This document shows, piece after piece, positions 58,897 through 64,000 of a stretch of DNA of 64,000 bases. Within the stretch, counting starts at the first letter, position 1; the number at the start of each line of letters is the position of its first letter. The stretch lies in contig CALWNI010000001.1 in the NCBI GenBank assembly GCA_944382775.1, positions 56,104 through 120,103 on the forward strand, written 5' to 3'. This DNA is from an uncultured Allofournierella sp. (lineage in GTDB: Bacteria > Bacillota > Clostridia > Oscillospirales > Ruminococcaceae). Under the pieces are notes generated by a model. The model saw nothing but the letters and a program-made list of their open reading frames with translations, was not told where the DNA came from and ran no database searches. A program made the position numbers and the translations under genes.

Positions 58897-59172
58897 AAAC
58901 CTATCCCGCAAAAACGTAGATGCGGACATGAGCCGGCAAACAAACACGAAAGAGAAGGCCGCCGCTGCCCCAAAAAGCAGTGTGCTGAAAGCGGCTGCGT
59001 TGCGTTGTTGCTGTTGCTTACCACCGCGGAGTGCAGGGGTGAACCTCTGCCGGCAAGGGCCCGTTATCGCCCAAACGAGTGGGCACGCCATGGCGTGCAA
59101 TTCGGGTGGAACCGTGGAGCAATGTGATACATGCTTCATCCCGTGATTGTTTTACGGGATGGGGCATTTTTT
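58897..59172 (+). ncRNA. T-box riboswitch (Thr)
   Basis: AGAGA and GCTGAAA stem I motifs, ACC specifier at about 59020, T-box AATTCGGGTGGAACCGTGG at 59099, terminator GCTTCATCCCGT...ACGGGATGGGGC+T-run. Confidence 0.92.
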
Positions 59173-59208
59173 ATTGCCGAAAGGCAAACAAAACGGGAGG
59201 TTATAACA

Positions 59209-61143
59209 ATGATTCACGTGGATTTAAAAGGCACAATCAAAGAGTTTGAAGCCGGCGTATCTGCGGCCGATGTGGCAAAAAGCATCGGTATGGGCTTGTA
59301 CAAAAGTGCATGCGCAGCAAAGGTAAACGGCGAGGTATGCGATTTGCGCACCGCATTAACCGAAGATTGCAGCCTGGAGATTTTGACTTTTGCAGATGAA
59401 GAGGGCAAGCAGGCATTTTGGCACACCGCAGCCCATATGATGGCACAGGCCATTCAGCGCCTGTACCCCGAAGCACACTTTGGCATCGGTCCTTCTTTGG
59501 AAGATGGCTGGTATTACGATGTGGGCGGCGTAAAGCCCTTCACTCCCGATGATTTCCCCGCCATTGAAGCCGAGATGAAGAAAATCGCCAAGGAAGATTT
59601 GCCCGTAGAAAAGAAAATCATCACCTTGGAAGAAGGCCGTGCGATGTTTGCAAACCAGCCCTATAAGCTGGAGCTGTTGGAAGAGTATGCCGAAAAGGGT
59701 TGGGAACTGAGTGTTTACACCCAAGGCGATTACACCGATTTGTGTGCAGGTCCTCACCTGATGAGCACCGGTGTGGTGAAAGCGGTAAAACTGCGCCAGG
59801 CAACCAGCGCATACTGGCGCGGTGATTCCAGCAAGGACCGTTTGTGCCGTGTTTATGGCATTGCGTTCCCCAAAGCAAGCGAGCTGGAAGCCTATGTGGC
59901 ACAGCAGGAAGAAGCACTGAAGCGCGACCACAACAAGATTGGCCGTGAACTGGAGTACTTCACCACCGTTGACAGCATTGGTCAGGGTCTGCCCATTCTG
60001 TTGCCCAACGGCAGCCGTGTTATTCAGCTGTTGCAGCGCTGGGTAGAGGATACCGAGCAAAAGCGTGGTTACCTGTTAACCAAAACTCCCTTAATGGCAA
60101 AGCGTGATTTGTACAAAATCAGCGGCCACTGGGACCACTACCGTGACGGCATGTTCATTCTGGGCGATGCAGATGACGAAAGCAAGGAATGCTTTGCACT
60201 GCGCCCCATGACCTGCCCCTTCCAGTATCAGGTTTACCTGAACCGCAAGCGCAGCTACCGTGATTTGCCCATGCGTTTGGGTGAAACCTCTACCTTGTTC
60301 CGCAACGAGGATTCCGGCGAGATGCACGGTTTGATTCGTGTGCGTCAGTTTACCATCAGCGAAGGCCACCTGGTCATTCGTCCCGACCAGCTGGAAGAAG
60401 AGTTCCGCGGCTGCTTGGAGCTGGCAAAAGAAATGCTGGATACCTTGGGCTTGGGCGAAGACGTAAGCTACCGCTTTAGCCAGTGGGACCCCAACCGTAA
60501 GGACAAGTACGAAGGCACCACCGAGCAGTGGGAAGAAGCACAGGGCTTGATGAAGAAGATTCTGGACCATCTGGGTCTGGACTACAAGGTCGGTGTGGAC
60601 GAAGCTGCATTCTACGGCCCCAAACTGGATATCCAAATCAAGAACGTATTTGGTAAAGAAGATACCCTCATTACCATTCAGATTGACATGCTGCTTGCAG
60701 AAAAGTTCGGCATGACCTATGTGGGCGAAGACGGTCAGGAGCATACTCCTTACATCATTCACCGTACTTCCATTGGCTGCTACGAGCGTACTCTGGCATT
60801 GCTGCTGGAGAAATACGCAGGTGCACTGCCCACCTGGATGATGCCCACTCAGGTAGAGATTATCCCCATTACCGACCGTCAGCACGAGTATGCCCGCAAG
60901 CTGCATGAGCAGTTAGAGGCTGCCGGTATTCGTGTAGAAACCGACTACCGCAGCGAGAAGATGGGCTATAAGATTCGTGAAGCTCAGCTGAAAAAGATTC
61001 CTTACATGCTGGTTGTAGGCGACAAGGAAATGGAAGAAGGTCTGGTTGCGGTACGTGCTCGCAAGGAAGAAAAAGCCGGCGTTATGACGGTAGATGCTTT
61101 CTTGGCACAAATCTTGAAAGAGATTGCAACCAAAGAGCGATAA
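59209..61143 (+). CDS. thrS: Threonine--tRNA ligase
   Basis: TGS domain, HTAAH, DLCAGPH, RDHNKIG, RPMTCP, FRNE, AFYGPKLD, IIHR. Confidence 0.99.
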   Translation: MIHVDLKGTIKEFEAGVSAADVAKSIGMGLYKSACAAKVNGEVCDLRTALTEDCSLEILTFADEEGKQAFWHTAAHMMAQAIQRLYPEAHFGIGPSLEDGWYYDVGGVKPFTPDDFPAIEAEMKKIAKEDLPVEKKIITLEEGRAMFANQPYKLELLEEYAEKGWELSVYTQGDYTDLCAGPHLMSTGVVKAVKLRQATSAYWRGDSSKDRLCRVYGIAFPKASELEAYVAQQEEALKRDHNKIGRELEYFTTVDSIGQGLPILLPNGSRVIQLLQRWVEDTEQKRGYLLTKTPLMAKRDLYKISGHWDHYRDGMFILGDADDESKECFALRPMTCPFQYQVYLNRKRSYRDLPMRLGETSTLFRNEDSGEMHGLIRVRQFTISEGHLVIRPDQLEEEFRGCLELAKEMLDTLGLGEDVSYRFSQWDPNRKDKYEGTTEQWEEAQGLMKKILDHLGLDYKVGVDEAAFYGPKLDIQIKNVFGKEDTLITIQIDMLLAEKFGMTYVGEDGQEHTPYIIHRTSIGCYERTLALLLEKYAGALPTWMMPTQVEIIPITDRQHEYARKLHEQLEAAGIRVETDYRSEKMGYKIREAQLKKIPYMLVVGDKEMEEGLVAVRARKEEKAGVMTVDAFLAQILKEIATKER

Positions 61144-61242
61144 GCTTTTGCTATAAAAGAAAACGCCCAGTACACACTGGGCGTTTTTTGTTACTAGAGT
61201 ATTTGTAAAAAAGAAAAAACCTTACCGAATGGTAAGGTTTTT

Positions 61243-61318
61243 TGGTGAGCCATTGGAGACTTGAACTCCAGACCCTCTGATTAAAAGTCAGATGCTCTAC
61301 CGACTGAGCTAATGGCTC
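61243..61318 (-). tRNA. tRNA-Lys (anticodon TTT), CCA encoded
   Basis: GAGCCATTAGCTCAGTCGGTAGAGCATCTGACTTTTAATCAGAGGGTCTGGAGTTCAAGTCTCCAATGGCTCACCA; promoter TTGACA-17-TATAAT at 61373-61345; terminator at 61214-61242. Confidence 0.98.
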
Positions 61319-61477
61319 TCACCGCTGTTTTTCTCAGCTCGTTTATTATAGCAAGCATTTATGAAAGTGTCAACAGGTTTTTTGAAATTTTTTTTAGTTT
61401 TTTTAAAAAAGTTTTTTACAGGTTTGTAAGGGCCTATTTGCAAAAGAAAACCATTGCAAAATGCTGTAATATATATT

Positions 61478-61495
61478 AGTATTTAATTAAATGCT
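61478..61495. promoter_or_regulatory. Palindromic operator, candidate ArsR-family site
   Basis: AGTATTTAA-TTAAATGCT (1 mismatch) just upstream of the ferredoxin RBS. Confidence 0.5.
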
Positions 61496-61517
61496 TAAAT
61501 AACTTAGGAGGAGTAAG

Positions 61518-61721
61518 ATGAAATCAAAACGATGTGCACAGGTATCACAAAACTGCGTTGCTTGTGGTTGCTGTGTAAAGGTTTGCCCCATGCAAGCAAT
61601 TTCGATTTGGCACGGGGTGGCAGCACAGGTGAATTTGGAACAATGCGTAGGCTGCGGAAAATGTGAAAAAGAATGTCCGGCAGGGGCAATTGTATTAATG
61701 GAAAGAGAGAACGCACAATGA
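61518..61721 (+). CDS. 2x[4Fe-4S] ferredoxin
   Basis: CVACGCCVKVCP and CVGCGKCEKECP; AGGAGG RBS. Confidence 0.93.
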   Translation: MKSKRCAQVSQNCVACGCCVKVCPMQAISIWHGVAAQVNLEQCVGCGKCEKECPAGAIVLMERENAQ

Positions 61722-62356
61722 AACAGAAAAAACATTGGTATGATTTTTTATGGATTGTAACCCCCATTTATCTGGGGCTTGGATTCTTTAATATTATGTT
61801 TGCTTGGCTTGGCATGATTTTCTTTTCTGTTCCATTGGTCATTGCAATTTTTGGGGGCGGAAAATTATATTGCAACCGCTATTGTGACCGTGGACAATTT
61901 TTAAGTTTACTGGGAACCAAATTAAAGTTGTCACGCAATCGACCAACTCCACGCTGGATGGTTTCGCCCATTTTCCGTTACGGATTTTTGATTTTCTTTT
62001 TTGCTATGTTTTTTCAAATGCTGTTTACCACTTATTTAGTGGGGGCAGGCGCACAGAGCCTAAAAGAGTTTGTAACCTTATTTTGGACCTTCCGCTTGCC
62101 TTGGCACTGGGCTTATCACGGCACTGCTTTGCCCACATGGATGGCACAATTTGCATTCGGATTTTATAGCTTGATGCTAACATCCACTTTGATTGGTATT
62201 CTGGTTATGCTCATCTTTAAACCGCGCAGCTGGTGCGTTTTTTGCCCCATGGGAACCATGACCCAGTTGATTAGCAAAATAAAAGTGGGTAAAATGAAGA
62301 AAAACGAAACCCAAGCGCGTTATAGTTGTGAGTGCAGTTGCAACAAAACGCCGTAA
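61718..62356 (+). CDS. Membrane 4Fe-4S-binding protein (NapH/FixG-like Cys motifs)
   Basis: About 4 TM helices; YCNRYCDRG and RSWCVFCPMGT; ATGA overlap with the ferredoxin. Confidence 0.82.
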   Translation: MKQKKHWYDFLWIVTPIYLGLGFFNIMFAWLGMIFFSVPLVIAIFGGGKLYCNRYCDRGQFLSLLGTKLKLSRNRPTPRWMVSPIFRYGFLIFFFAMFFQMLFTTYLVGAGAQSLKEFVTLFWTFRLPWHWAYHGTALPTWMAQFAFGFYSLMLTSTLIGILVMLIFKPRSWCVFCPMGTMTQLISKIKVGKMKKNETQARYSCECSCNKTP

Positions 62357-62375
62357 CAGCAAAGGAGAAATTGCC

Positions 62376-62663
62376 ATGCGCGAAAAAGCACGCAAAATTG
62401 CTGAGCTTATGCGTCAGTTATCCAACGAAAACAGACTTTTGATTTTATGTGCATTGCTGCAAAAACCAATGACGGTGGGCGAACTTGCAAAAGAAGTTCC
62501 TAACATTACGGTACCGGCATTATCCCAGCATTTGCAAAAATTGCGCAGTGGCGGTCTGGTGGATGCCACAAAGCAAGGGCAATATGTGTGCTATTGTTTA
62601 AAAGATGAACGGCTGCGTGCCCTAATGGAAGTGTTAAAAAATCAATACTGCACAGAAGAATAA
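62376..62663 (+). CDS. ArsR/SmtB family repressor, BigR/SqrR-type Cys pair
   Basis: LSNENRLLILC25AL, TVGEL, ALSQHLQKLR..GLV, LKNQYC92. Confidence 0.88.
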   Translation: MREKARKIAELMRQLSNENRLLILCALLQKPMTVGELAKEVPNITVPALSQHLQKLRSGGLVDATKQGQYVCYCLKDERLRALMEVLKNQYCTEE

Positions 62664-62919
62664 AATTGCTTAGAAATTACAAAGTGTTTACAAAAACATA
62701 CCAAATAGGGTATTATAATAATAAATCAACCATCAATCGCTATTTGTTGGGTGGATTGGATAAAATTTTGTCAACCGGTTTGGTGAAAATGTTTAAAAGC
62801 AGTGCAATTGCTTTACAACAAAAAAGACCGGGAGTACAATGAAAAGGTCAATGACCGACAGTTTGCGGCAAATGCTGTGCGTTTACCGTTATAAAATAAA
62901 GGATATGGAGAAGGAAGAT

Positions 62920-64000
62920 ATGAAGCGATTTCTAAGCATTGCAATGGCACTTGTGCTGACTTTGGGCGTGTTTACCGGTTGCGGCAATAAAAATGTTGCA
63001 GGCAATGATACAACCAATGAGGACAAAACCCAGACAAGTTCGGCCCCGGAACCCACAGCTGCACCTTACGAAGCCAATGTGCTGACTGGATACGAAAAAA
63101 ATTCAGACTATCCCGAAGGCCAGCGCATTGCGGCAGTTATGGTAAACAACATTACCGAGTGCCGTCCTCAGCGCGGTTTGTCTGCTGCGGATATGCTGTT
63201 TGAAATTAAGGTAGAAGGCGGCATTACCCGCTTTATGGCTCTGTTTACCGATTATAACAGCATTCCGGATATTGGCCCGGTTCGTTCGGCTCGTGACCAG
63301 TTTTTCCGCTTGGTTTTGCCTTGGCAGCCTCTGTATGTTCACATTGGCGAAAGCGTAAAGCAGGCGGAGTATATCAAAAACTATGATTACGACGAGTGGA
63401 ACCTGGAAGGCAAGTATGCGGCTAACTTGATTTATCGCAACTATCAGCGATACAACTGGGCAGGCAAAACCGTAGCAACCGAGCATACCGCTTACACCAA
63501 CGGCGAACGCATTGCACAGTATGTAAAGGATAACAATGTGGATGATCAGCGTACCTATCATTCCACCTTCTTCAATTTTGTGGATTATCGTGAACCTGCG
63601 GTTATTCCCGAAGGCAAATTCATCGATGGTGATAACACCGCCGAGCGTGTAACCATTCGCCATTCTCAAAGCTACCGCACCCGCTTTGACTACGATGCAA
63701 GCTTGGGTCAGTACAAGATGTCGCAGTATTACTCCAGCTTGGGCAACTACCGCGATACCATTGATGAAAACAATGACCAACAGCTGGCATTTGATAATGT
63801 TATCGTTTTGTTTACCGATATTTATACCTATCCCGGCGACCAAAAGGACTTGCAATATGCAGAGTACAGCTGGGGCGGCGTAGGTTACTATTGCTATGGC
63901 GGTAAGATTGAAAAGATTCGTTGGGAAAAAGGCACCGACTTGGAAACCCTGCGTTTGGTAAGCTTTGATACCCAAGAGCCCATTGAAATCAACTGCGGCA
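62920..64000 (+). CDS. DUF3048 (YerB-like) lipoprotein, 3' end beyond the window
   Basis: Manual translation: MKRFLSIAMALVLTLGVFTGC lipobox, NVLTG, AVMVNN...RPQRGLSAADMLFEIKVEGGITRFMALF, IGPVRSAR; absent from the ORF track because no stop lies in the window. Confidence 0.88.
   Translation, partial: MKRFLSIAMALVLTLGVFTGCGNKNVAGNDTTNEDKTQTSSAPEPTAAPYEANVLTGYEKNSDYPEGQRIAAVMVNNITECRPQRGLSAADMLFEIKVEGGITRFMALFTDYNSIPDIGPVRSARDQFFRLVLPWQPLYVHIGESVKQAEYIKNYDYDEWNLEGKYAANLIYRNYQRYNWAGKTVATEHTAYTNGERIAQYVKDNNVDDQRTYHSTFFNFVDYREPAVIPEGKFIDGDNTAERVTIRHSQSYRTRFDYDASLGQYKMSQYYSSLGNYRDTIDENNDQQLAFDNVIVLFTDIYTYPGDQKDLQYAEYSWGGVGYYCYGGKIEKIRWEKGTDLETLRLVSFDTQEPIEINCG

Noticed and set aside
58842-59208. Several short ORFs and an extended thrS N-terminus
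   Set aside because: They overlap the T-box leader; thrS starts at 59209 after GGGAGG
61243-62663. Possible tRNA-anchored genomic island
   Set aside because: The AT-rich operon lies on the 5' side of the tRNA; no integrase and no duplicated tRNA 3' end
63103-63975. 290-aa minus-strand ORF in the track
   Set aside because: Antisense shadow of the plus-strand DUF3048 lipoprotein starting at 62920, which the track omits because it has no stop in the window

Overview
A 64-kb stretch of core chromosome from a spore-forming anaerobic Firmicute, most likely Oscillospiraceae/Ruminococcaceae (class III preQ1 riboswitch, spoIID, T-box, RNase Y, sigmaA-type promoters). I found no mobile elements, prophage or CRISPR arrays. 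Contents in order: start of an F0F1 ATP synthase operon (atpBEF, no atpI) divergent from a CitA/CitB-family two-component pair; moaA and a MOSC-MogA fusion; secA; hemolysin-III protein; HAD hydrolase; queT with preQ1-III riboswitch; degV, trmL, pdxK; a patatin/PLP-enzyme fusion; feoAB; a polar amino acid ABC transporter; a long ROK protein; modABC, moaC, a MoeA-like gene and xdhC; MATE, two AraC regulators, nagB, msmX; spoIID; citrate synthase; siroheme reductase; asparaginase; a His-less kinase; gap; YhgE/Pip; peptidases; a CobW pair with a His/Cys tandem repeat; rny; T-box thrS; tRNA-Lys; a ferredoxin/membrane FeS/ArsR operon; and a partial DUF3048 lipoprotein. Best candidates for undescribed biology: (1) a CitAB-like system with an altered ligand pocket positioned to activate the ATP synthase operon through 9-bp direct repeats; (2) a patatin lipase fused to a CobD/HisC-like PLP enzyme; (3) a circularly permuted binding protein under tandem ARG boxes; (4) a split Moco regulon with ModE-type boxes and a MOSC-MogA fusion, with no moaD/E in the window; (5) a BigR/SqrR-type sensor paired with a membrane electron-transfer module; (6) a long structured RNase Y leader. 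All family assignments come from recognising motifs by eye, not from database searches.
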